A stretch of DNA of 64,000 nucleotides from a virus (IMGVR_UViG_3300037512_000782:188732-252731), one strand, 5' to 3'. Positions 37,453 to 46,307 are shown, numbered from the stretch's first letter. Made by a program: numbers and translations. Notes: a model not told the origin generated them from the letters alone.

Positions 37453-38014
37453 ATACGCTGGAAATCCTTATCGGTTCCGCAAGAGTCTCGCTCTCGAACC
37501 ACCGTATGTATTCCTCGACCGGAGCCTTCAAGTCCGGATACTTGGCGTACAGCTTGTACTTGTCTAGGTGCATGAACTTCAGCGTCGTCGCTATCATGCG
37601 GCTATCGTCGTCGGCGGAAGACGTATAGGTTGATATGCAGCAGCTGCACTTTCCGTAGCCGAAATGCGTCTGGAACAAGCGCACAAACCTTGCCTCGACG
37701 AAGTTCTTCGCATTTAACCGTTCATTTTCGCCAATGACGACCTTGTGTCCCGGTATCTTGGGTACGATATGTATGTAGATGCTGCGCTCCGACAGAAGGT
37801 ACGCCTCGCCGCCACCGATGACGAGCATGCGGATAAATACCTTCACTGCGGCAGTGCTGCTGGCCCTTCTCCGTATGTAGTCGGTTCGGCCCTTCGTAAT
37901 CTTGTTTACGACGTGCCTCAGGGCCATTACGACCGCAGCCGAGTAAAGTACCGCTGTAATCTTCTTGAGCACGTTATACCTCGTCCATGAGCAAATGAGT
38001 GAGGAACCCGACAA
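37451..38014 (-). CDS. island gene, hypothetical (start uncertain, alternative 37927)
   Basis: First ORF of the higher-GC minus-strand island; hydrophobic N-terminal segment. Confidence 0.45.
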   Translation of the reverse strand: MSGSSLICSWTRYNVLKKITAVLYSAAVVMALRHVVNKITKGRTDYIRRRASSTAAVKVFIRMLVIGGGEAYLLSERSIYIHIVPKIPGHKVVIGENERLNAKNFVEARFVRLFQTHFGYGKCSCCISTYTSSADDDSRMIATTLKFMHLDKYKLYAKYPDLKAPVEEYIRWFESETLAEPIRISSV

Positions 38015-38414
38015 GGAACGATCCGCCGATCGCCCAAGACTCCGTCGATCCGAAGTCGAGCATCATCCTCAGCAAGAACACGAGGAACAGCGAGGTTATC
38101 GCTCCGTAAAGCAAGGTATGCCCGGCTCCTCGGTGAGTGAACAGCTGCGGAAGCATCGAGTACGCCATCACGAGGAATCCCAGCAGTACGTTCCCGGTAC
38201 AGAGAAGCGCGATGGAGCCGATCAGTACCAAGGCGTAGCAGATGCGCGACGAGTGCGACTTTACGTCCATGTCGGGCGAAAGCGCCCCAAGGAACGACGC
38301 GACTCCGCACATGAGCGAAGTCTCCCAAGAAAGATCGGTGAGCATTGCGCCGAGTCCGGCGATCGAAAGCCCGGTGACCGCCCCTACGGCGGCATGAGGT
38401 GCGAAGTCTGACAT
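37974..38414 (-). CDS. YdjM/DUF457-like membrane-bound metal-dependent hydrolase
   Basis: Polytopic membrane protein of 146 aa ending ...FLTHLLMDEV, resembling the YdjM-type H..D motifs. Similarity-based call. Confidence 0.5.
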   Translation of the reverse strand: MSDFAPHAAVGAVTGLSIAGLGAMLTDLSWETSLMCGVASFLGALSPDMDVKSHSSRICYALVLIGSIALLCTGNVLLGFLVMAYSMLPQLFTHRGAGHTLLYGAITSLFLVFLLRMMLDFGSTESWAIGGSFLVGFLTHLLMDEV

Positions 38415-38417
38415 GTA

Positions 38418-38900
38418 CTATCTCCTTCTGAAAAGCGTGAATTTTATCGGTATGTCGATATGGGACGGAAGCTCGTCGAACGCCTTGCAAAGTTCCATGA
38501 CGAATTTCTTCTCGGTCGGACTGATCGAAGCGAGGAAATCCTTTCCGTCACCGTAGGACTCGATCATTTCGTCGATCTCGTCTTGGTTCAGCGTGACCTC
38601 CGTGACGCTGACGAGTATGCCGCTGTGGTTGAATGCGGTGAGCATGTGCTTGGGCATCATGTCGCGGATATAGTATCCGAAGCTGCTTACCGAAGTCGCG
38701 TGGGTCACGGTGAACTCCTTTATGCTGTACACCCAGCCATGCATGCTGTTAGAGAACAGCAGAGCCGCCTTCTTCTTCTCTACGCCGCCGTGCCATTGTC
38801 CGGCGTAGTCGCCAACGAACTTCCGCATGCTCATCTTCGACAGACGCCACACGGCGAGCACGGCGGACACGCCGTACAGTATGCCCTTCCAGTACCTCAT
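38418..38900 (-). CDS. N-terminally membrane-anchored island paralog P1
   Basis: MRYWKGILYGVSAVLAVWRLSKM signal-anchor. 4-nt overlap with the upstream paralog. Confidence 0.55.
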   Translation of the reverse strand: MRYWKGILYGVSAVLAVWRLSKMSMRKFVGDYAGQWHGGVEKKKAALLFSNSMHGWVYSIKEFTVTHATSVSSFGYYIRDMMPKHMLTAFNHSGILVSVTEVTLNQDEIDEMIESYGDGKDFLASISPTEKKFVMELCKAFDELPSHIDIPIKFTLFRRR

Positions 38901-39361
38901 TTGATCGTCCTCGGCAATCTCATGAATATCTTCTCTATGCGGTCGACCTCGGCTATCACGTCCTTCGGTATGTCCGACTCGTCGTGGTGTAGGAAAAGGT
39001 GTACGGTGTTGATGTTCACCAAGACGACCTCGTACGAAATTATCTTGTCGCGGTCTACGCGAGTCCGAAGGTGCATCTCGTTCGATACCAGCTGGATAAG
39101 GCTGCTGCCAGGCATGTCGCCCTTGTAGCGGAACTCGCGTACCCGGTGACGCGCTATCTGGGCGATGCTATGCACCATCATGTTGTTCCGCATGTGGCTG
39201 TATGTCACGGTGAACGCCAGCGCCGCCCTTACGGTGCTGTATCCGTTGCCGTACGACTCGATAAACCAGCGGAACAGCATGCGGTCGTGCGAGTCCTTGA
39301 GGAACCGTCGTAGCCCAGCCGCCAGAAACCCGATGTATATTGTCCACAGCGCTATTCTCAT
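38897..39361 (-). CDS. N-terminally membrane-anchored island paralog P2
   Basis: Start set to MRIALWTIYIGFLAAGLRRF by analogy with the 4-nt overlaps of the other paralogs. The track ORF extends to 39457. Confidence 0.5.
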   Translation of the reverse strand: MRIALWTIYIGFLAAGLRRFLKDSHDRMLFRWFIESYGNGYSTVRAALAFTVTYSHMRNNMMVHSIAQIARHRVREFRYKGDMPGSSLIQLVSNEMHLRTRVDRDKIISYEVVLVNINTVHLFLHHDESDIPKDVIAEVDRIEKIFMRLPRTIK

Positions 39362-39828
39362 AGGTTCCTCGGTATGTTCATGAAGGATTCGTATATGGGA
39401 TGGTACTGTTCCCATGTGACGTCGTCCATGAAAGACGTCTTGCCCGACAGCATGCACCGAGACGGTGTGTACTGATAGAGTTCATACGGTAGGTCGAATC
39501 TTGGGTAGTACTTGGCGAGGTACTTGTCCATCGCGCCTCGTATCCTTGGTATCGCTTCCAAATAGCCGTGCGCACCTCTGCAGCGGAAGGTCTTGACAAT
39601 ACACGTAGGTATGGACACCCTCAGTCTGACCGCTTCGCCGTCGACGGTCATCCCCAAGTCCTTGGTCTTCACGTACACCAGCACAACCCTGTAGGCGTCA
39701 AGGCCGAACATCTGCAATGCCAGCGTCTGCTGGACACGGAAGCTGCGATAGCTCTTGAGCGTCTCCCATGCGTTCCTTGCAGCGCCGACGGCAAAGAAAC
39801 CGTATATTGTCCACAATACCTTGTTCAT
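39358..39828 (-). CDS. N-terminally membrane-anchored island paralog P3
   Basis: MNKVLWTIYGFFAVGAARNAWETLK anchor. C-terminus ends ...FMNIPRNL, homologous to P4. Confidence 0.55.
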   Translation of the reverse strand: MNKVLWTIYGFFAVGAARNAWETLKSYRSFRVQQTLALQMFGLDAYRVVLVYVKTKDLGMTVDGEAVRLRVSIPTCIVKTFRCRGAHGYLEAIPRIRGAMDKYLAKYYPRFDLPYELYQYTPSRCMLSGKTSFMDDVTWEQYHPIYESFMNIPRNL

Positions 39829-40283
39829 AGTTCCCTCGGCATGGCCTCGAACGCCTTGTTGATGCAGCGTACGTCGTAGCTGTCAAGGTGCTGTATGAGC
39901 TTCCACTCCCAGCCTTCCGTGTCCGGGCTGGACGTGTAGTCGCTCTCCAAGGTGAATTCGAGGTCGAGGCTGCCGTAGTGCCGACTGATGTACCTCTTCA
40001 TCCGTGCCTTCAGTATGATCGTCACGTCGAAGAACCCTTCGGCCCTCTTGCAGACGAACGTCCTCGTGATTCCGCTGGCGACCGAGACGTACATCGGCTG
40101 CTTGCCGCCGTCCGGAATGTCGATCCACAGAACCTTCCTGTACGATAGCGAGACATCGTACTTCCCCGGCGGAAGGTACGTGTCCCTCAGCCGCATGCCT
40201 ACGCCCATCTTCACCAGCTTCGAGAACCGCCGTGCGGCTCCGACGAGGAATCCTAGATACACAATGTAAAGAAACTTTTTCAT
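39825..40283 (-). CDS. N-terminally membrane-anchored island paralog P4
   Basis: MKKFLYIVYLGFLVGAARRF anchor. TFVCKRAEGFF...FEAMPREL is homologous to P3. Confidence 0.55.
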   Translation of the reverse strand: MKKFLYIVYLGFLVGAARRFSKLVKMGVGMRLRDTYLPPGKYDVSLSYRKVLWIDIPDGGKQPMYVSVASGITRTFVCKRAEGFFDVTIILKARMKRYISRHYGSLDLEFTLESDYTSSPDTEGWEWKLIQHLDSYDVRCINKAFEAMPREL

Positions 40284-40786
40284 AATAGCTCGTCCTCACG
40301 CATCTCCCCGCAGTTGACCAGCCGACGGTAGAACTCCCTTCGGTACTCGTTCATCACCCAGAGAAGCCTAGACATCCTGACGCCGTGCTTCTTGCAGAAC
40401 GTGTCGAACTGGTACTCCTCCTTCACCATGCGGTATCCGTCGTCGCTTGGGCAGTCCTCGGTACACCTGTAGGGGACGTAGTCGTCGATCGTGATGAAGA
40501 ATCCGTCGAGGTCGCCACGGTACTTCTCGCCGAGACGGCACCTCACGTCGTCGAACACCGAGTCGCGAACCTTGAACGGTATGTACATCGACGAGTACGT
40601 GAAGTACATCTCGCCCAGCTTCCTTATCACGAAGTAGCAGACGTACACGTCGCTTCCCCTGAACTTCTTCGGGTTCAGCCAGCCCTTGTATCGGTAGTTC
40701 TGCACGAAACGCGCCTTCCGCAACACCGACTTCCAGATGCCGACCACGGCAAGCAGTATGCCTATCCACGGAACCATCTTCCTCAT
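40280..40786 (-). CDS. N-terminally membrane-anchored island paralog P5
   Basis: MRKMVPWIGILLAVVGIWKSV anchor. C-terminal EEYQFDTFCKKHGVRMSRLLWVMNEYRREFYRRLV is shared with P6 and P7. Confidence 0.55.
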   Translation of the reverse strand: MRKMVPWIGILLAVVGIWKSVLRKARFVQNYRYKGWLNPKKFRGSDVYVCYFVIRKLGEMYFTYSSMYIPFKVRDSVFDDVRCRLGEKYRGDLDGFFITIDDYVPYRCTEDCPSDDGYRMVKEEYQFDTFCKKHGVRMSRLLWVMNEYRREFYRRLVNCGEMREDELL

Positions 40787-41334
40787 AGCAGCATGTCCTC
40801 GCTCATCTTTCCGTCGAGAACCAGCCGTCTGTACAGCTCCCTACGGTAGTCCACCATCGCCATCTCCACTCTCCTCATCGGTACTCCGTGCCTACTGCAG
40901 AACGTAGAGAAGCGGTACTCCTCCTTGATAGTCCCCGTGCCGTTTCCGTTGTCGTCCATGTACTGCGGCGGAACGTTGGGCTCTATCGTCATGAGGAACC
41001 CGTCCATACGACCGAACGAACCGCCTCCGCCAACGTCGTAGAGGCCGAGTGTAAGGTCGAACTGGTATCGGTAGTCGTCCACTACGTCCTTCGGCAAGTA
41101 GATCGGAGAACAGTTGTAGTAGAACTCGGACACCAGCTTCCGCTTGCCGTGGACGCTCTTCAGCTTCACGTCGTACAGACAGAAGCACATCTGCCTCCAC
41201 GACCAAGGACGGAACTTCCTACCGTCCAGAAGACCCAAGTGACGCCTCTCAAGGAACGCCACGCGACGCCGCATCGACTTCCATACGCCGATCCCCAGTA
41301 TGCCGAACGCTATCATGGGCATGCCGATCCTCAC
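40783..41334 (-). CDS. N-terminally membrane-anchored island paralog P6
   Basis: MRIGMPMIAFGILGIGVWKSM anchor. EEYRFSTFCSRHGVPMRRVEMAMVDYRRELYRRLV is homologous to P5. Confidence 0.55.
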   Translation of the reverse strand: MRIGMPMIAFGILGIGVWKSMRRRVAFLERRHLGLLDGRKFRPWSWRQMCFCLYDVKLKSVHGKRKLVSEFYYNCSPIYLPKDVVDDYRYQFDLTLGLYDVGGGGSFGRMDGFLMTIEPNVPPQYMDDNGNGTGTIKEEYRFSTFCSRHGVPMRRVEMAMVDYRRELYRRLVLDGKMSEDMLL

Positions 41335-41870
41335 CGTACGTCCTCCTCCTTGATGTACCCGTCCTCGATCAGCTTCACGTACAGCTGGCCACGCAAGTCG
41401 TCCATCGCTCCCTTCAGCTTGCTGTAAGGAACCCTATACACCTCGCAGTACGCCTTGAACGTGTACTCCGGCTTCACTTTCCATACGGCGTCGCCCTTGA
41501 ACGTCCTTCCAGACAGATACCGTGCAAACCCAGGGATGTTCACGCACAGAAGCAGCTCCCAGCCGCCAAGCATCTCCTTGTACGGAGCAGTTATCTCCAC
41601 GGCGAGACTCGCCGCGTATACCGTAGGGACGGCAGTAGGCAACAGCACCTCGCACATGTCGTAGTACCGCAGCACCGAGCCGTCCTTCACCCGGCACAGC
41701 ATGTAGTGGTAGCTTCGGCATGGGTAGTTGAACAGCATGTGGCTGTACGACGTCCTAGCACGGCCTCCCAGTCTCCTAACGAACTTGAAACGGCCTACCA
41801 GCGCACGGTATCCGCCGTACGCTGCAAGACATACCGCAAGAAGCGGATATATGACCGTGCCTATCCTCAT
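41331..41870 (-). CDS. N-terminally membrane-anchored island paralog P7 (first gene of island operon)
   Basis: MRIGTVIYPLLAVCLAAYGGYRAL anchor. KPEYTFKAYCEVYRVPYSKLKGAMDDLRGQLY relates it to P5 and P6. On the minus strand, a TTTGCTATATTTCGG box ends ~8 nt upstream of the ATG. Confidence 0.55.
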   Translation of the reverse strand: MRIGTVIYPLLAVCLAAYGGYRALVGRFKFVRRLGGRARTSYSHMLFNYPCRSYHYMLCRVKDGSVLRYYDMCEVLLPTAVPTVYAASLAVEITAPYKEMLGGWELLLCVNIPGFARYLSGRTFKGDAVWKVKPEYTFKAYCEVYRVPYSKLKGAMDDLRGQLYVKLIEDGYIKEEDVR

Positions 41871-41875
41871 TTCTT

Positions 41876-41910
41876 GCCGAAATATAGCAAAATTCCCTAT
41901 ATGCGACTAC
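41876..41910 (-). promoter_or_regulatory. host-like promoter of the island operon (minus strand TTTTGCTATATTTCGG)
   Basis: Reverse complement of 41880-41895 gives TTTGCTATATTTCGG, ending ~8 nt before the P7 start codon at 41870. Confidence 0.5.
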
Positions 41911-41973
41911 GGGGCCCCCAGGGCAATTTTTCGAAAATCGGGGCATCCGCTTCCGTAGGAAACCCCAGTGGGG

Positions 41974-43125
41974 TCATTTACTCGGTGATTTACGACAACG
42001 GCCAGTTTGTTTTGGAATTAACTTAATTATGTCTTGGTATATACCAGATCGATACGCTTGCCCGTAAGCGACCCTATGATTTGTCTTGAATTCTGTGCGA
42101 GTTGTACATGACCTCGCGATTTCACATAATTCGTCATACGTATATGTGTGGTATATGTTGACTCGTAAGGGAGGAACCTCGGCAGTGAGTCGGCCAATGA
42201 GTCCTCGATGAACGATTTCGTTATATATGCTTGGGTGTTTTTTGCGGCACTTAGACATACTCCCTGATTGTTGGACAGTCAAAAGTAGTTCGTCGTCGGC
42301 TAGTTGGCTTGGCGTGGTTCGCGGCTTAAATAAGTCGCTGATCATATTTCGCCGAACGGCTTCGCTGTATTCTGAATAATATTGTGATTTGAATTTACGC
42401 TTGCTTGAGCATAACGATGCTTTAGTGCGGATGTCCTCATCGGTAATATTACATAATGCCGCTGATGATGTATGTGTGGATTGATTCCAATGGGAGATTT
42501 CAGATTCGAATTTACTGTATATCCCTCGTCTAAGCGATTCTTTGTAATCGGCGGCATGATAATTCATGAATTCGCTTCTGTTTCGGCAGCTGAATGCGAT
42601 ATCGTATAGCTGTTGATCACTTAATGATTGTATATATCGGTTGGCTCGGCGATGCACTGGGGTATAATCAGGTAGTCGGCGGAGCAGATGTGTCCAACCG
42701 TGGTATTGAAGAGAACTGTATTCTCTTGGAAATTGGGTTCTAAATTCCTTGCATGTCTGACATCGGTCTATAAGGACTGCAATTTTATCTTCGGTCAGGC
42801 CGCTATATCGGCCAAGTGCCCCGCCATTATTCTTGTTAAGCACGGTGTAACCGTTTCGCTTATGCCGCGCAATTTCGTCGCGTTCTAGCGCAGACGCCTC
42901 ATTCCCGGTTAGACGGTTATGCAGCAGTGACACCGTAAACGTGCATCCAGTGGTGTCTAAGTAGTCCTTGACTAGACTGGCCTTGCGATAGTGGTATTCT
43001 TGATAAATTCGCCGTTCATAGCAACTAGTTAACCCTATGTATACCGCATTAGTTTCGATAAAATGCCAGCGGTATACGACCCAAATGGGCAGCTGCCGTA
43101 TAATTGCACTATAGTCAGATTGCAT
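41974..43125 (-). CDS. free-standing GIY-YIG homing endonuclease with C-terminal ~33-aa repeats
   Basis: VYRWHFIETNAVYIGLTSCYERRIYQEYHY...E...N..GG is GIY-YIG-like. C-terminal repeats of form xCxxRxEFKxxHxxAYxxAYRxGIYxxI. AT-rich. Confidence 0.7.
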   Translation of the reverse strand: MQSDYSAIIRQLPIWVVYRWHFIETNAVYIGLTSCYERRIYQEYHYRKASLVKDYLDTTGCTFTVSLLHNRLTGNEASALERDEIARHKRNGYTVLNKNNGGALGRYSGLTEDKIAVLIDRCQTCKEFRTQFPREYSSLQYHGWTHLLRRLPDYTPVHRRANRYIQSLSDQQLYDIAFSCRNRSEFMNYHAADYKESLRRGIYSKFESEISHWNQSTHTSSAALCNITDEDIRTKASLCSSKRKFKSQYYSEYSEAVRRNMISDLFKPRTTPSQLADDELLLTVQQSGSMSKCRKKHPSIYNEIVHRGLIGRLTAEVPPLRVNIYHTYTYDELCEIARSCTTRTEFKTNHRVAYGQAYRSGIYQDIIKLIPKQTGRCRKSPSK

Positions 43126-43593
43126 GATATGTACACTATGGATATTTTTCTTAATATTACTAATCTATGATTAGAATGTCAAATGAGATGAGCCCCCATA
43201 CCCCCAGCCCACCTAAATTTTTGAAGAATATAGTAGGGGTATAATATGTAAATTTATTTTTATTTTTATGTACCCTGAAAAATAATCATGAAATGGACAG
43301 ACCATTTGCTGCTGGTGATACGAGCGGTGCTTGTCGTGCGAAGTCACTCATGGAACCCCAGGTTAACAAGAACAAGATTGCACTGCTCAGATGTGCCTTA
43401 CGGCGATTTAGCCTAGACTAACTTAGCCCTGGCTAACCTTGTGATCCTCGGCTAACATCGGACAGACTGCTCGCCTACAGATCCCCTTACGGCGTTTTGG
43501 ACTGGCACGAGTTCGGCGGGACTGCTTCCCAAGTGTATGCAAGCTTTGTCAAGCAACGACGCTTGATACGATACACCACTAACCAAAAGGGTT

Positions 43594-44388
43594 ATGACTA
43601 TGAAAAAGCTCAATCTCACCGTTCTCTCCAAGCTCTCCAACACGTTCGCTAGCCTCCGCTACTTCGGCGAGGTCAAGATGAACAAAAAGGCACGTGTCGC
43701 CAACGAAGTTCTCACCAAAGCTATCGCTGAACACGGTGGCAAGGTCGCCGAAGTCGGCTCGCCGTGTCCGTTCAAGACGGTCAAGAAAGCCAACACCTAC
43801 ACGGTGTCTATCGGTGCCAAGCTTCAGTATAAGCGCAAGGTCGAAGCCATGACTAAGCGCAACGGCGTTGAAACCGAATACCACCCAGAAGTGAGGAACT
43901 TGGGAATGTTCCCCATCTTCGGCGAACTCGTTTGGCTGAAGAATGACCTCAGTGAGGTCTACATTCGTGCCTATCAAGTTTCAAAGCCCAAGGCTGCTAC
44001 CTACTACGGTGACGGCGTTGTGGTTGCCAAGGAAAACATTGGGCAGTGGCTTCCGATTAAGGACTACAACACGGTCAGCGGTCTTGAAAATAATGTTTCT
44101 GTGGTCGCCACCGCAAGCGGTGAGGTAATTTATTGCCAAGACGAAAGCGGAAATATTATTAAGGATGAAAACGGCGAGCCGATGACTATGGCTCTTCCGG
44201 AAGTCCGCAGCTTGAAGCTCTCCAACATCGAACTCTATCGCAAGGGTGAAAAAATTGAATTTTTCACTGACGAAGAGTGGGATGACGCCGAACTCATCAA
44301 GATTCGCGACGAGTACCACGCAAGAATGGCGAAAGCGGCTGAAGCCTACGAAAAGGCGATGGCTGAAGCCCAAGCCAAGCAGAACTAA
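43594..44388 (+). CDS. hypothetical protein (alternative start 43600)
   Basis: First gene of the hyperplastic region; 264 aa, Ala/Lys/Glu-rich C-terminus. Confidence 0.55.
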   Translation: MTMKKLNLTVLSKLSNTFASLRYFGEVKMNKKARVANEVLTKAIAEHGGKVAEVGSPCPFKTVKKANTYTVSIGAKLQYKRKVEAMTKRNGVETEYHPEVRNLGMFPIFGELVWLKNDLSEVYIRAYQVSKPKAATYYGDGVVVAKENIGQWLPIKDYNTVSGLENNVSVVATASGEVIYCQDESGNIIKDENGEPMTMALPEVRSLKLSNIELYRKGEKIEFFTDEEWDDAELIKIRDEYHARMAKAAEAYEKAMAEAQAKQN

Positions 44389-44527
44389 CAACAACCGCCC
44401 CCAATATGGGGGCACTTTTATTTTTCATTTGTGTGGAAAATAAAAGTGTTTCCGTAGTGGTGTACGGTCGGACGGTAGCCCTTACTCCCAGGGTTGCCGT
44501 CTTTTTTATTTTGTACTCACACCCATC

Positions 44528-44581
44528 GGACTGGCACGGTTCCGACGGGGCTGCCGACGGCGGATATTCTGACTATGTAAA
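44528..44581 (+). promoter_or_regulatory. phage-specific promoter/stem-loop cassette (PeSL-like), copy b
   Basis: GACTGGCAC, then N8 CGGGGCTGCCGACG, then N14 TATGTAAAC, then CCAAAGGAGA and ATG 44599. Confidence 0.6.
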
Positions 44582-44598
44582 CCAAAGGAGATTTCAAA

Positions 44599-44796
44599 AT
44601 GTCCAAAGAAACCAAACAATTTGATATTGCAATTATGGACTACTCGGATGCTAGCATCCGCATTTTTACTCGCACCCTTCCGAAGGATATTCAAAGCGAG
44701 GAATTAGAGGAAATTCTGACCGCTGAAGGAATTTACAAGCAGTCCGAATGTTATTTCATGTACGCTGAAAAAATCAACATTATCAACGAGGTATAA
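44599..44796 (+). CDS. hypothetical small protein
   Basis: Preceded by cassette b and SD AAAGGAGA. Confidence 0.5.
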   Translation: MSKETKQFDIAIMDYSDASIRIFTRTLPKDIQSEELEEILTAEGIYKQSECYFMYAEKINIINEV

Positions 44797-44797
44797 A

Positions 44798-45124
44798 ATG
44801 CGTAAAATGTTGTTTACAATTCTTACTTTGTGTGCGCTCGCTTGCGCCACCGAACTACCTATTTGTGAAGAGTTCGAGGGCGAAAAGAATGTTTCGTGCG
44901 TAGCTGGCGACCGCCAAGCGGTCATTATCACCTATCACGCCGATGGGTCGCGGTCTTACGAGTATTTCAAGGACAACCGCAAAATTTATTTGGAATATGG
45001 CGAAAACTATGTTTATGCGTCCGATGGCAAGCGTAAAATAGATGTTAGCCCTATACCGAACGATGACCATATAGCGTATATAGACGAGCTATTTTATGGT
45101 CTAATAGATACTTTGGACTTCTAA
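44798..45124 (+). CDS. putative secreted protein or lipoprotein
   Basis: MRKMLFTILTLCALACATELP signal peptide with a lipobox-like LxxC. Coupled to the upstream gene (TAAAATG). Confidence 0.5.
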   Translation: MRKMLFTILTLCALACATELPICEEFEGEKNVSCVAGDRQAVIITYHADGSRSYEYFKDNRKIYLEYGENYVYASDGKRKIDVSPIPNDDHIAYIDELFYGLIDTLDF

Positions 45125-45126
45125 CC

Positions 45127-45150
45127 AAAGGGGCGCAAGCCCCTTTATTT
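45127..45150 (+). terminator. intrinsic terminator (GGGGCGCAAGCCCC family)
   Basis: AGGGGCGCAAGCCCCT hairpin with GCAA tetraloop, followed by TTATTTGG. Near-identical copies at 49515-49545, 50269-50292, 55662-55690 and 59163-59190, with variants at 46259-46292 and 46975-47000. Confidence 0.7.
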
Positions 45151-45267
45151 GGTCGCTATACGGTGTCAGACTGGCACGGCGATGGCGGGACTGCTACGCA
45201 GTCCTATTTTTATTTTGTAAGCCGATGGGGCTTACGAAAACGCCATTCTCAAAAGGAGATACGAATT

Positions 45268-46257
45268 ATGGCTTACAAAAAGACCGGAAAAACGGCTTCC
45301 CAAGTTGGGGAAGAAATCAAGTCCACCATTACATCCAAGTTCCTTGAATGCCTCGACAAGGGCTGTATCCCTTGGAGAGAACAGTGGAACCGCAGCGAAA
45401 GCGGCTTTCTGAAGAGTGACGGCAAGTCCTACTCGTTCTTGAACACTCTGTTGCTCGTCATTGACGGCTGCACGGAAGGCGAGTTCGTGACCTTGAACGG
45501 TATCGCTGAACGCTTGGGCATTGAACCCAAGGAAGCTTGGAACCACATCAAAAAGGGCGACAACGGCAAGGCTGTCCATGGTCACCATGTCTACTTCTAC
45601 ACCATGGTTCCTATCTACCTCAAGGAAGACGGCAAGGTAGTATACGAAAGGGACGCTCGTGGTCAGTTTGTCTTGGACTCCAAGGGCAAGAAGATACCGA
45701 AGATTAGCGGTCATTATCCTATGCTCAAGAGTTCGGTTGTTTGGCAAGTCGGCACTGAAGCTTTTTGTCCGACGAAGTTCGAGAAAAAGAAAAAAGTAGT
45801 CCACAACAATCCGATTGCGGTCGCTGAACAAATTATTGTTGACTATCAAGCTCGCGAGGGTGTCAAGATTGAATTCCGCAACGCCACGCCAGGATATTCG
45901 GATAAGCTTGACAAAATCTATATTCCGTCCATCAATGACTATCCGAACGCAAATATTTATTATTCGGATTTGTTCCATGAAATTGCTCACTCTAGCGGTC
46001 ATCCGAAAAGATTAAATCGTGACCTCGACAACCGCATGAAACGTGGTTCTTACTCTTTTGAAGAGTTGGTCGCTGAAATCTGTTCGTGTGCGATAATGCA
46101 CGACAACGGATTTGACACTCCGCAGTGCGACGAATTAAGTCAATCCTATGTAAAGGATTGGGCGAAAACTCTCAGAAGTGACCCCACAATGATTGAAAAA
46201 GCTTGTCGCGTGGCGGTCAAGGCTGCAAACTTTATCTACAACGGAGAAAAGAAGTAA
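45268..46257 (+). CDS. ArdC-like antirestriction protein (DUF1738 ssDNA-binding N-domain + zincin HExxH metallopeptidase domain)
   Basis: N-terminal ITSKFLECLDKGCIPWREQWN matches the DUF1738 core IxxxIxxLEKGxxPWxxPW. C-terminal FHEIAHSSGH has HExxH. ATG 45268 follows AAAAGGAGA; the track ORF starts at 45163. Confidence 0.7.
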   Translation: MAYKKTGKTASQVGEEIKSTITSKFLECLDKGCIPWREQWNRSESGFLKSDGKSYSFLNTLLLVIDGCTEGEFVTLNGIAERLGIEPKEAWNHIKKGDNGKAVHGHHVYFYTMVPIYLKEDGKVVYERDARGQFVLDSKGKKIPKISGHYPMLKSSVVWQVGTEAFCPTKFEKKKKVVHNNPIAVAEQIIVDYQAREGVKIEFRNATPGYSDKLDKIYIPSINDYPNANIYYSDLFHEIAHSSGHPKRLNRDLDNRMKRGSYSFEELVAEICSCAIMHDNGFDTPQCDELSQSYVKDWAKTLRSDPTMIEKACRVAVKAANFIYNGEKK

Positions 46258-46307
46258 GAAAAGGGGCTTCGCCCCTTTTCTTTTTATTTTGTGCTGATCG
46301 ATCCAGT

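Noticed and set aside
37965-41427. Multiple plus-strand ORFs inside the island (37965-38411, 38460-39128, 40385-40849, 40888-41427 and others)
   Set aside because: Products of higher GC content. The minus-strand genes form a coherent, translationally coupled paralog family with TM anchors, and the plus-strand products are Arg/Val-rich nonsense.
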